Positions 54,201 to 61,924 of a DNA stretch of 64,000 nt are shown in pieces (the first letter of the stretch is position 1; every line of letters begins with the position of its first letter). The stretch lies in the IMG/VR virus record IMGVR_UViG_3300037808_002146; one strand, given 5' to 3'. The DNA comes from a virus. Taxonomy: Duplodnaviria > Caudoviricetes. A program made the translations under genes and the position numbers. The notes under the pieces were generated by a model. It saw only the letters and a program-made list of their open reading frames with translations. It was not told where the DNA came from and ran no database searches.

Positions 54201-56268
54201 AAAAGCCTAAATCAGCAAACTGACTGTATAGTCTACGTGAACCGGCTGGCTTATCTCCTAAAGTCGTACGGTGGGCGTTATTAGTACCAGACACATTGAT
54301 TATCGTTTTGTCTGAAGCTGGTGTCGAGCTAGCAGACGCCATAGCAACAGGCATACCATTTATATATATAGATGCTGTCCCGTTGTATGCTGGGCCATTG
54401 TAAGTTATACAAATATGTGTCCATTGAGCGGCAGGGAATCTCTCGGCGCTGCTATTAGCAACAGTGAACACGGGTTTTTCAGTTTCTACTGTATAGGCTG
54501 TGCTACTTGAAAAGTTTCTAGTAAATTTAATCTTGCCGCTATCAGGTATGCTTATTAGATAGTTATCTTGCTGCGATGAAAAAATAACGTGATCTTCTGT
54601 ATGGCCTTGATTTTCCACTGGCTGTATCCAGCAAGAGAATGTACTTTTGCCACCAGAAGATGCGCCGGTAAGACCGGCCCATTGGTCTGGAGTACCCAGG
54701 TATAACCTTTGGCTGGCATCTTTAGAAGTATCAAGAGCGTTTCTATACAATCCGTTTACTAATTGAGTAGTAAATGTATTCGCATCATCCGGAGCATCTT
54801 GAAACGCAAATGTTACCGAAGCTGAACCTGAGCTGACTGGAGTTGCGTTAACAAAATTGCCAACCCAAACCTTTGAAGATGTTATTATGTCTAAGCTGCC
54901 GGATGCATACGCTTTTTCGTAACTCGAGCCTGTAGTGAAGCAGTTGAATTTATTATTTAAATCGTACCCAGCATTAGGCACAAAGGTGACGCTGCCAGTG
55001 GTAAAGGTAACTGTAGCTTCGCTATCTACTTTGAAGATTTTTCTAGTTGGAGAACTTTTAAAATCAGCCAAAGAAATAGAGAAATCAGCTTTCTGTCCAT
55101 CAGTTAATTTGAAAGTTCCATCAGAATTAATATAGTCTTCCAGAAATGACAAAGTTAATGAAGATTTTTTAGCTCTTTCCTGGAAGAACAGGGATGAATA
55201 ATTTCTAGTAACGTCAGAAGAACCAACTTGAGGAACTGTTAAAGACAAAACAGAACCAGATATAATATTTCGACTGGCTTTTATATGGCTGCCTACAGAA
55301 ATCTCCGCAACATTGGGAGAGCTTCCTTGCAAAGATAAGGATCTAGGGTTATATCTAGTCAATATTTTAGAGCTATAATTTTCTGGCCTATAAGAAAAAT
55401 AATAATTCGTAAAGAAACTCTTGTCTCCTATTTCCATCTTTCTTGATTTAAATGGAGAATTACTCACTAGAAAAGATTTAAAATCTATTGATGTATTTTC
55501 GGTATATTTTCTCCGAGTAAACGAAGTGACTGAGATGTTTGTAATATTGTTAGTTATTTCTTCATTGCCACTGAATCCACCAACAGTCTGTGTGAGAGAT
55601 AATGTTTGTGGGGTATTAGCTGCAGATGGCGCCGAGCCAACGATTATCTTCCCGTTATGCCCATTCGCATGCTCAATGGCAGCTTTTAGTAAACCAAGAA
55701 ACTCAGCTTGATCGATGCCGGGAGCCAAGGGTGCTCCTAAATTAAAACCAATTGCTATGCCTACAGCACCTAGCGTTAGCGAAGCTGTTTTGCCACTATC
55801 GAGTGTAGCTCCAGAAGTAACAATACCTAAATTAGCAACGTGGCCTGATCCCGCAGAACCATTAGCGGTATTTGAAATAAAATAATCTACAATTGTTCCA
55901 TCTGTACTTGTTAACGTTATTTTTTGGCTAGCCGTCATGCCATGAATTAAAGAGCCATTAGTTACAGTTAGTATAGCTGTTGATCTAGTCGAAGCACCGA
56001 TTGATTGCCTAGGAAATTCCCCGTCAGATCCGCTGGCGTTCGTCATTATTTCATTCGTTAAACCTTCGATTTTTTCAAAACGTTCGTTAAAAAATATTAT
56101 GTCATTTAAGCCATCGGCTTCTAGATATCGATTTGCTAAAACATCGTCAGTCATTCTATCAAAGACGAAATTAGCTATTACACTTTTATTAACATTTATT
56201 CGACCGCTTTTGTGCTGGACGTCTGTTAATAAATCTGGTACAATTAATTTTTTTCTGCTATCAAACAT
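42253..56268 (-). CDS. Giant virion protein, 4671 aa, with ~3 LamG-like domains and many plug-in modules
   Basis: 14-kb uninterrupted ORF. LamG motifs TFSCWIQP...WTHICITY...IYING...LGFWNKIL and MSFSAWIN...WVHVAVTY...IYVNG...FNGEITEVAIWNSLL, with a third near 51400-51950. Confidence 0.75.
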   Translation of the reverse strand: MFDSRKKLIVPDLLTDVQHKSGRINVNKSVIANFVFDRMTDDVLANRYLEADGLNDIIFFNERFEKIEGLTNEIMTNASGSDGEFPRQSIGASTRSTAILTVTNGSLIHGMTASQKITLTSTDGTIVDYFISNTANGSAGSGHVANLGIVTSGATLDSGKTASLTLGAVGIAIGFNLGAPLAPGIDQAEFLGLLKAAIEHANGHNGKIIVGSAPSAANTPQTLSLTQTVGGFSGNEEITNNITNISVTSFTRRKYTENTSIDFKSFLVSNSPFKSRKMEIGDKSFFTNYYFSYRPENYSSKILTRYNPRSLSLQGSSPNVAEISVGSHIKASRNIISGSVLSLTVPQVGSSDVTRNYSSLFFQERAKKSSLTLSFLEDYINSDGTFKLTDGQKADFSISLADFKSSPTRKIFKVDSEATVTFTTGSVTFVPNAGYDLNNKFNCFTTGSSYEKAYASGSLDIITSSKVWVGNFVNATPVSSGSASVTFAFQDAPDDANTFTTQLVNGLYRNALDTSKDASQRLYLGTPDQWAGLTGASSGGKSTFSCWIQPVENQGHTEDHVIFSSQQDNYLISIPDSGKIKFTRNFSSSTAYTVETEKPVFTVANSSAERFPAAQWTHICITYNGPAYNGTASIYINGMPVAMASASSTPASDKTIINVSGTNNAHRTTLGDKPAGSRRLYSQFADLGFWNKILTAGEIYDLYSRPLASYRANSNLQLHINLGKNIKKTGALAITPSYTNVSAFENVTSKNAIGNHQYTAYKFAGDTDSVNIGTAAQWDATIGDNTGASSTEKMSFSAWINKTADGGGNLGRIFDFGQSDIFLYSTGTEELAFSSRLNNAHAEWRTGPSSFGLNQWVHVAVTYDASDTLNNDPVIYVNGQRVASSHLGSSQAKHATYSGIATEAGYIGNRHTHDRAFNGEITEVAIWNSLLSDSEVFAIYFATRNHSASSLKEVAINLSKAINNDSTINISATNPNLSLRNPTVKIEQNESLIQSVSTLTSSYPEKPSNSQSSALILYSSKDRRDKKCALFSNSETATTLFLEKIISDGKILTVKDFNDISVNFTFKTDGTADNHVATNSIINIQNLSTKLAIRDKVKAAINANVSSGNSGTLTGISLNSVENEDIRMDARPKQKFTIKCPDATESDQKSIVITDTTGFSYRLFFRKTASAAAPAGSIAVTYANSADSSAVATALESVIENLPASNRTGANAMSSGAAFSASVTSEQVTVLSNAFGLCEIPTAYDLKTKFIIVSIHDGSEKAGAITATGTAISDSFISFNSNSYSFPTPQYNVPATGQKILENSFDGVGIVGPGDPRINNVVVRYTNNSNFVDFFDNFKTAISHPQAAGHIVSGKQVIGSSIVGPTLEKKFRNSTLKESKTILRLRNSDSVYPNTNTGKGIITFKSGSIDLTTKVPTLTIMPFSRGHVNAGAMTRNSKGLVSLGKKTIITRVYNNSSSGTGTIFTVSGTTSSRWQLLSIDGNLEFRIRPNGSSAAGDYWKATIDRSALAKDKWYTLFITFDESTFNVANSKNMFALYDSENHGGLLSSTSFSINNSAPSGDQSAKLTLGGSPRLFIGYGNTSTGLATNYGNSDPGTNPADSASFYNNFNIAELSILSSQLVITEMAKIAESHLTLRSKSGFRNQLPKKLLQEKYQESKNLEANFKPFKEDSSTTQAYSSKDVVFPSNLDAGTTGSISFKFTNSPADNSGFSLRLPNGKDFQVIFDTSSTVADGFSLDSLTSPIKDANHISAPLASLTRFKCGLSGASTITSKVDRIKTFINATNRYSGIPVKASRVAFDTIRIEMLDAGSSTPEYNSSAKIVIFNNTFDPSNVAASSVLQIANGTTTVNYTATAAADDHADADKIGITTNRSVTDAVDEFVAKINAVSGFGITAIDQGNYNGDLTRASMLLVPDSGKDLIILENPAGNKEFGTSSTFCQIIPASTSLALVSSSPASNITILDNTLSSQAFGDSSFDDFSLTPRKDSIIAGFTQDTIKATIKCDVSKLNELVEASSVTRDYVEDNLSNRFFPPRGGLIRRLVNVQFLSRGRKDTEIPLRPAIEFSIGGKKYCARVDSLLNPSNSNKYNIGVKEVTSSNQLAMSLANSINDAVVFDNLPITVSFSNDVVTLTVDDKNIIPSRTIISGQGVSSESVFETVGYNTTRNPEISERSRESLVVKKSSLVSSPFLDDGKNDIEDNFFSMGSYLSGSAGSFASATRDRVRIEIDINPVSKTTLGFTTGSGNTLTSGFAAGNYNPIGYFDFASKKWESISPTFSGKIETKRDAAGAGQSRDDAIKDAVSIFQKSAPIAFGGTYGFSLHRKNTTSAAFTEITHVSGSNYNDSHFTTPSLRANQSIRITSTDGTEIDYVMHTLTGADSKSAGVALTTSMNNQWIGPNAPLYRRSEQVAKDGAYAIGPLELADNFKSLLMKLKAAIATAHAGKIICSNVLPDLLESWGTVTFLQTNDSPLVTIPITGNFKIKVSKGFDKAYASSDILYFYFEINGSPNKSHYISVNVSSISGTGPSGHGDVVTVTRNNSNAKRYTTLLDTVTVSSAMLLYCGHVDILDDSHVSLKLTQAVLGAAGNTRIHNGINGFRIPGHVRSTFSLKFSQNPSPGDELTVFGNNEINKTYGFVNTPVGFSYGSDPISFEDDPSSATLSAGFQIVGGNAAMTLKQATACAVNLGSGNDLGSGTKHVISLGGFDGSGNRGEIRISDKIPYGCTITIEFWATREDIIGGTFDASTSDTTDDLVLEYCSTSNFSTTVYTVNKRFEKSINNGGAYVSTTDSGAGRINGGDLPADDDNTSNTATLTKFRINVTDMPVGGSYLRVRKLVSAIAGDSIIIYNFKYTLTEGSFGSPVPIRSSLSDTIIALNTELGKNPNIQHSSPVGSDVLEFRPYGDRVAIYDHGVYTTTSNVEITESKGFSNSANDSWNGKYTSFVGGILTEENDPNKGSEYSKLHYAELPLRGRPVSNFGFPFSDTFKPTDGQKLDLSSYLDGPFLLEKFEIICSSSIRDEVQEGMGRLLPESAIDLPDSNYGQSNSNSTSFSKQKEVYDDKSAFGGYFGLYDDRFRNLEAQRIYDRYYPWTSTGVIWSALSNSSSNSYYLVGTGSAYHRLRGKSTFTKEKIKKEGAYHRVGGNVYAREGQVNDYINSTTGKTNTVEGSAWWRCDTFFLLREKQCVDTTFEAAIPKAIKSSGLETTSTVVGGKMYFGFHEDSKLIINIFGTDYQTDPANWPEIKDAATGNISWHEYITGEARDQSPLGTIASTLVITTTPKWVEIVSHAPVINPAVTSVIDGVKYEVINDAGENLNAGFNAVSTSYDVGDIITCTSTGTVSGTTNTKLREVNPKRIRIYIASSVTGTSSPILQNLGSFTEAQKRDGSIRYAIDLAWTNWTTYPVTYLIAAFIYEIIGAASAAGYLSGITMKPPAGTDATMELSINNAVSDDFDGGVLNTSASIAFNSGSRYSSHYRPAGAGGSWKLSGKIKYFTDDLGTVPVEFSNTPSGATPESLVYEGASIERPVTINGVTSGFNMTTQSCQITSTTRELISYAQVAYHGYANQNSDSVSGTGFNDGSMAHYYFVNDPAYMFYRGTDHTSAVSGSNKQTMEHPHQTRFGSFESTGSNGFNLLENGLGRELNIKIGTQAHLNPHLDLSHTTTVSGNEVRGLKFSIPKFIPSAGHATKRNVDIVGDDGLTLVVTDTDDTTATKSPTFLSQIRFENNEINEKYRQKFTHLTSSYNLHDGVLRIKAVCKSTPKLDTYFSYRLAVLDQYNNPSSQTLPKFVSVSPQGAFLGGFDHDGVGGTRALRAVTGDEPSGINFKINQMPFYLDDFDRMDPLKQSFDSTFADSISTGKNFEVGNAYVLKPSDKITLGFQTAVPGFHSGFTSFANLGGGSTPPELDDQGNLQTVNTAQVFITGVTTAKPPVVTTATYHELRDGNQIQIKDVATGNAGTALNDVYFRVRVLSNRTFELYTDGDLANPVDFTAAIYSSGGYYYPPKYVRSRAIDTGKCIETTFAPYSNSKLVLYGSYLQNSVPKRPKHKSSFSTSGVVYEVIGQEDYDKFDLSLDSEFSGSMSSEIISKTSISFGKDSNNDIDLSKIDVAFGERTNDIGGSPKKLFATGSVERYTALSAGDDVDLVYWDSLPVNITPYFKKKHKTRKIIPVKFLTSGSNKPLITNHPIDDSGVALFIGSPQQGTTTFFNDTLTTLNSSFPGSQLLTYQTATINVGTANAINLMGAKTGAKVIFSTGSNPERDGIKFEITGISGTNINVSFISSGSFIESSGITPSTVANSNPCRVMVFSEFGDSLESTTQLPISAFEDRYFTEWRKRFIFEKTTRDSDGKEVNIFGSGGFDPADSKLLFRNDKEATFGLDLPPSTMPAGFSKFSPVLNIFQSPNYGSGELLLTSGSGAPVTYDISKADQKTHLLAALANVKSKAGVFSARYDAQTKNVYIASKSYYPSLYTNCVNQVNDSPYRQAAAILFGFGKEVNNNLETINLGSLSGTSAIPFGNVDDSRTSTLKLIPRHTRQTLIHPAGVKYGMMNYDMLRPKVIFSRSKFGNFCDLIEGRKSGVFANLSSIEYSEVGPDRRVPTVEVSFYDASMALIKSGEDKLKFLFSQNLDRYQRSRVPFFDTPNPNLHESALGGRVRRKADIVNNQVSVFNSDGNDVFDDFN

Positions 56269-59200
56269 ATCTTAAACCGCTAAAAACTATTGAATCTGTC
56301 CCCGGGTGGGGGGAAGAATAATCATATCCAGCTTTTCTTCTAAAGTTTTCGCCACCCAAACTCTCGTTGCCGGCAACTCTCGTAGCTACAATATTGCTAT
56401 TCATCTCTTGTAAAGTCAACACTAGAATATCCATCTCATTCGTTTCCGGATTGTTACCATTTAAGGGATTAGTTCTAAAAATCACTTCTTCTGTATCAAT
56501 GTAAGGCTGAATCCTAGAATCATTTTTAAAAATAACACCGGGAACCCTAGAGTAAAAAACGTTATCTCGCTCTGCTGTTTCGGCTGGGTCAGCAAAGTTT
56601 ACGCCTAACTCTTGGTATCCTTTCATATAGTCGGAAATGCCCGGGCAGTTATCGAAAAAAGCAACGTTTTTAGATTTTTCAAATGTTATTTTGTTGCTTA
56701 TTTCGTAAGATTCTTTTCTAATCGATGAATATGCGTATTCGCCGCCTAACTCACCGGATAAACCCTTTATAGATTTCTCGGTAATAACACGCCCGAGCAT
56801 TAAGTCTCTTATCCCTAGCGGCTCTATAACACCATCATGCTCAAACCCTAAAGAGCTTCCCAGGTTATTTACTTGAATTGGAAATCTTACGCTAGAATCA
56901 GACTTTACAAAAAAAACAGGATCCATGTTTAAAGTTCTATTGTATCCATCTAAGTGCAGCTTAGGACCATTAAGAGAAAGATCTTCATAGAATCTTAAAT
57001 CGCTAGTCCTTTGACCAAAACCAAAACTTCTCACTTCTACATCATGGTTAGGTTTGAGATAATATGAATTTTGATCAGCCCCGTCTCTCATTTCTACAGT
57101 TATAACTGGGTTGGAAAAATCTTCTAAAGTGTATGCATTTTGAGCGTTGATATTTGGACCAATTTGATAAAAGTTTCTCTGGTTGTCCAAAGCATTCGTC
57201 GGTATATAGGGAGTCCCATTATTAACGGTATTTTGAAGCTTTACGCAATTTTTTGATATGTAATTGTTAGCATTAATAAAACCTATGATGGTAAAAATAG
57301 AAAAACCATTCTTAGTAATTGCGTTATTGCCTATAGTTCCAGGAACTCTTTGTTTAAGGTGCAAGTATTGTGTTGATGGAGAATTAGGATCCATTGGAAA
57401 CGCGCTGATTACATGATTATCAAGACCTGAATTGTGTCCATTCACGGTGTTCATAGCATTGGCTAGCTCGTTTAAAACGTCTCTTTTCGAAAAGTTAGAT
57501 CTTATATTGACGGCAATTGTTCCTATTGCAGCGTTTGATGAAGGGACAACTAGACCGGGAGCATACTTCGAACCTTCTATTAGTTTTTCTCCCGTAGGTA
57601 CTGCTTTACTGCCACCGCGGCCTCCATGAACAATAGTATAGGTTTTTTGATTACCAGAAGATGACTTTATTGTAATCCTATCCGTTAGCGGGGTGGTGCC
57701 ATGAGGATCACTCCCACTGGTTACTGCAATGCGCGCATATGCATTTTTTGTCGAAGGTGTTAAATCAATATCGTCATTATCCTTGGCCAATAATATAGCA
57801 TCGAAAAATCGATCTTTAAAATCTTGTAAAGAGGTAACTCCCCTGATGCCTATTTGATATTGTACGGAATTAGCACCATCTTGCGTAATTCTATAACTTC
57901 CATATTCTGCCCTGTTTGGGATTAATTGTATTAGTTTTTTGCTATTTGTCTCTCTATCATATATTCTAAATACCCTATTTTCTTGCATAAATGAGCGATA
58001 ATCATTAGAGAAAGTTATATACAATTGGCTTTTATCGGTTGCGACCTTGGTTTCTGAAAATGCTTTAAAATAAGTGAGCCGAGTTTTATTTTCAGTTACT
58101 TTTATGGAATACTCTTCGTTATCAGCCGAAATTGTCTCAAGCTCAAGTTTGAGGTGGAAATTTTTATTTAGCCGCTCAAGGCTTGTTCGTAATCTTTCGA
58201 TAAAAAGCTTTTTTCTAAAGGAGACTATTTTTGATGAATCGTTCCCGTACTCTCCAGAGAATGACTTTATAAGAACTTCTATTTCACTATTATTTTTTCG
58301 AATTATTCTAACGGGGTCTGTATTATCGTCTCCATTAATTATATAAAAGTCAATCTCAGCATTAGATTTAGAATCCAAGAGGGGATTTTTTGAGATACGC
58401 GTGTTTAAAATGTCGTACCTAATATGAAAAAACCTGATTTTGAGATTGGAACTGGGTCGATAGAACGATAAATCTGGAAAAGCTAATAATAAAGTAGCGC
58501 TCCTAGAGCTAGCGTCTGCTTTTTTCCCTTCGGTCAAAAGATCATGGAACATAAAGTCATTTACAGCTTTAGTAGTTAATTTCCAATTTTCTAGTCCAAA
58601 GATCGTAGTTTCAGGAGACGAATTATTTAATCCTTCTTGCTTTATTTTTTTGCCAATACCGGATTCAACTGATAAACTTCCAACTTCTTGAGTTAGCAAA
58701 AGAGTATCATCTTGAATAATTCTAGAAGTAACGCCAGATGTTGAGGCATTATAATTTATGATATTATTTAAATCAAAAGTTATTTTTTTGATTTTTTGAA
58801 TACTGGAATTTATAACATCGTCATATGGAACTGCGTTTGGTTCACCAACATAGTATCCCGGAGCGTCCATCAACCCAAGAGCGAAGGCATTATTATCTCG
58901 AGGGTGACGTAAATCCCCGGTGTTTAAAGTCCTCAATAGACCATTTTTCCCAGTTGAAAAACTTGGTAAAGTTATAAAACTGCTAGATATCAAAGTACCC
59001 GAGTTTGCTAAGTTTCCAATTTCGCCTGATTTATTTTGAGTAATAGCAATTACATTAGTATTAAGAGAAGCCGATATATCTAAATCCTTGTCTGAAGATA
59101 CTTGGCTTAAAGCTAAGTGAATCTTAGACGCAACTCCATTTCTCACCGTTGTATCGCTAGTATTATCGATCCCAGCTAAGCTTACATCCCAGCTAGTACT

Positions 59201-61924
59201 TGAATTTCTAGTGGTTCTAGAAATGTCAAACTTAAGAGTAACAGTTAAGAAATTTCCTTTTGAATCAGCTAAGACGAAATTTTTATTATGTAACGCTCCA
59301 CTCGCTCCGGCATCATATATAGTTTTAGAAACATTATTAGTAATGGTAAGATTTGTTTTCGCTTTATAGCTACTAACAACCCTTATTTTTAAATCGCTTC
59401 CAGAACCTTTAAAAGACTCTATGTGCAAGTTATATAAACCATCACCAGGATCTTTTGGTATATCTTTAATTCTCAAAACCAAAGAGGGTTTCTTGTCAGA
59501 TTTATCGTTGAGAACAACTTTCGGATTAGCTAATGGTTGAAATCTTGCTCGAGTTTGATTTCTTAGTTGCTCGATAGTTCTTAAGTTGATGCCTTGTTCA
59601 AAACCTATAAGCTTAACTTCTGATGAATCTCTTATTGAAGCCATTTAAAATCTCCTTATTACGCCTGATCTTTGAGATACCAGTATTTTAGAGCGTAATT
59701 TCGAACGCTCATCTTCTCCCTTATATATCTCTTGATGTCCATATGCTACCTTATATCTCTCTAACGCGTGCGATTCTATTATTAAATTGATACCTAAGAA
59801 ATTGTTATTCCTAGGGACTAGTCGTTCTATCATATCAGAAAAAGCGTCATCTAACCATCTAAATAAATCGAAAAAATTTCTATAATTGACTTTCTCAGTT
59901 AGCCTATTAAAATATAAATTCCTCATATTTCTTAAATCCGGATATTCCTGCGCGAACACTAACTCTGGTTTTCCTAGTGCATCGTCCAAAGCATCGATAG
60001 CCGAGAATATATTCATTATATCTTCGTCTAGTCCTCTTTGCAAGTGTATTTGAACTTCGAACCTATTATCATTTGCTTTCTTTTCAAAAGGTAAAACTTC
60101 TGTTACGGGTGCTATTTTTGAATTGTAGAGTTTAATATTTGATCCGTCAGAAAAGCCAGCTATTTTAATTTTATCGCTGTCTAAATACTCATCAAAAAAC
60201 GGTGATATTATCGTATAGTCAAAACGTTCATTGTGAACAATTTTATTGTTCACTTCAAACCCAAACCCAAGAGCACCAGACAAACTAGTATAAGTTCCAT
60301 TAGATATTTTTTCTTGATTATCCAGGGTGAAAGTTTGACTAAAATCTAAAAAGTTTAATTTCCCAAAAGGGTTTGATTTCATCTCTGGCTGATCGGTGGA
60401 TATATTTAACCTTAGTTTTTGAAAAGAACCAGACATGCTAGTACTAAATGTATTGCTAACTAACGGGTTATCAACACCTACCGACTTGAAGTTACGAGCG
60501 TGTTCTATAGATTCTGTTACTGTTAAATACTTCGACCAAAACCTAATATGACCAACTTTACCATCAAAGTATGATGTTCTTGCATGATTTATAACAGCTG
60601 AATCATTTATAAACATGCTATTTCCAGCTGGATCTACCATTGATTGAGAGCCTATTAGAATTTGAGGTGGATTATAGTTTTCCGACTCGTGCTTCAAATT
60701 TTGAAACATATTATCGTTAGCTAACCCTTCATCAAAAAATGATCCAGTAACAATAAATGTAGATAACTTATCAAAATCTAAAGAAGCGGCTCTGATAAAA
60801 TAAGAAGAACTAACCGGTTGGTTCATATCATCATTTCTTCTTCGGCCATAAGTTATATGCCATTTTTTGCCATCCAAACAGTTTGCGCCAGTTAAAATTG
60901 TTTTTAAAACCGGAGCTGTATTGGTTTGGCTATTCCTAACATAAAGTGTTAACTCATTGCCAAATGGTGACAATACTAAGTTAGATAATACTGCATGTTT
61001 ATCTTTAAAATTTTGGCCTGGAGTGACTCCTTGGGTTACTATCCTGGACAAGCTTCTTCTACTCTCATTAGATAAATTACTAGGAAACTGATAAATACCT
61101 TCTACTGTCCAAGAACCTGAAGTAAATAGTCCATCGTTTGGAGAAGCGGATATACCGGCGTATGAGTATCCCGGGGTGTTTGCTCTAACCATGCCTTTAC
61201 CACTCGAAAAGCCAGAAAGAGTTAAGTTAGAATCAGATGGTGCCATGGAGATTGTATGATTACCTAGGTTACGTCTGTTGAATCCTTTAGTCGTTATCTT
61301 TATTGTGTCTAAATTTGTACCAGCTGCGCTATTTTTAGTTTCTACATTAAATGAGTTTGGAAAAGCAGTAGTAATCGCAGTGCTAATATCTGTTACTAGC
61401 TGCATTGTTGTTTTGTTAGAACCACCAGCCTGCCTATTTATTACAATAGAGCCTCCAGAGAAATTAGTCGGAGTCAAATTAGAAATATTGTTAGTGATAC
61501 TCTTGTTACCAATATTGCCGGCTGTTGTTTGAGTAATCGTTATAGACTGATTTCCGTCAGCAGCAGACGGAGCAGCTGATACTGTTATTTTTCCATCGTG
61601 ACCATTTGCGTGTTCAATAGCTGCCTTTAATAAACCAAGAAACTCAGCTTGATCAATTCCAGCTGCTAGAGCTGCTCCTAAATTGAAGCCAACCGCAATT
61701 GCCTTATGAGCTCCTGGAGTAAGGGTTGCTCTAATATTTCCAGTTGTTTTTAACAAAGCATTATTAGCTATAATACCTAAGTGCGCTACCCCTCCATCGT
61801 TAGTATCTGAAACGAAATAGTCGGCTATAGTTCCTGCTGCTGATTGGATTGTTATTTTCTGGCCGGCTGTCATACCATGGATCGCGTCGCCATCGGTAAC
61901 AGTTAGGGTTGAAGTGGCTTTATC
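55520..61924 (-). repeat. Dispersed repeat: plug-in module copies at ~55520-55980 and ~61451-61924
   Basis: Exact 21-aa match GIDQAEFLGLLKAAIEHANGH and exact 24-nt match taaaccaagaaactcagcttgatc (55690-55713 and 61631-61654). Confidence 0.88.
56261..59644 (-). CDS. Virion protein, 1127 aa, with plug-in modules
   Basis: AGGAGA SD. Modules at ~58950-59365 (…IAITQNKSGEIGN…FSTG) and ~57270-57745 (…LKQRVPGTIGN…). 8-nt overlap with the 4671-aa gene. Confidence 0.65.
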   Translation of the reverse strand: MASIRDSSEVKLIGFEQGINLRTIEQLRNQTRARFQPLANPKVVLNDKSDKKPSLVLRIKDIPKDPGDGLYNLHIESFKGSGSDLKIRVVSSYKAKTNLTITNNVSKTIYDAGASGALHNKNFVLADSKGNFLTVTLKFDISRTTRNSSTSWDVSLAGIDNTSDTTVRNGVASKIHLALSQVSSDKDLDISASLNTNVIAITQNKSGEIGNLANSGTLISSSFITLPSFSTGKNGLLRTLNTGDLRHPRDNNAFALGLMDAPGYYVGEPNAVPYDDVINSSIQKIKKITFDLNNIINYNASTSGVTSRIIQDDTLLLTQEVGSLSVESGIGKKIKQEGLNNSSPETTIFGLENWKLTTKAVNDFMFHDLLTEGKKADASSRSATLLLAFPDLSFYRPSSNLKIRFFHIRYDILNTRISKNPLLDSKSNAEIDFYIINGDDNTDPVRIIRKNNSEIEVLIKSFSGEYGNDSSKIVSFRKKLFIERLRTSLERLNKNFHLKLELETISADNEEYSIKVTENKTRLTYFKAFSETKVATDKSQLYITFSNDYRSFMQENRVFRIYDRETNSKKLIQLIPNRAEYGSYRITQDGANSVQYQIGIRGVTSLQDFKDRFFDAILLAKDNDDIDLTPSTKNAYARIAVTSGSDPHGTTPLTDRITIKSSSGNQKTYTIVHGGRGGSKAVPTGEKLIEGSKYAPGLVVPSSNAAIGTIAVNIRSNFSKRDVLNELANAMNTVNGHNSGLDNHVISAFPMDPNSPSTQYLHLKQRVPGTIGNNAITKNGFSIFTIIGFINANNYISKNCVKLQNTVNNGTPYIPTNALDNQRNFYQIGPNINAQNAYTLEDFSNPVITVEMRDGADQNSYYLKPNHDVEVRSFGFGQRTSDLRFYEDLSLNGPKLHLDGYNRTLNMDPVFFVKSDSSVRFPIQVNNLGSSLGFEHDGVIEPLGIRDLMLGRVITEKSIKGLSGELGGEYAYSSIRKESYEISNKITFEKSKNVAFFDNCPGISDYMKGYQELGVNFADPAETAERDNVFYSRVPGVIFKNDSRIQPYIDTEEVIFRTNPLNGNNPETNEMDILVLTLQEMNSNIVATRVAGNESLGGENFRRKAGYDYSSPHPGTDSIVFSGLRYV

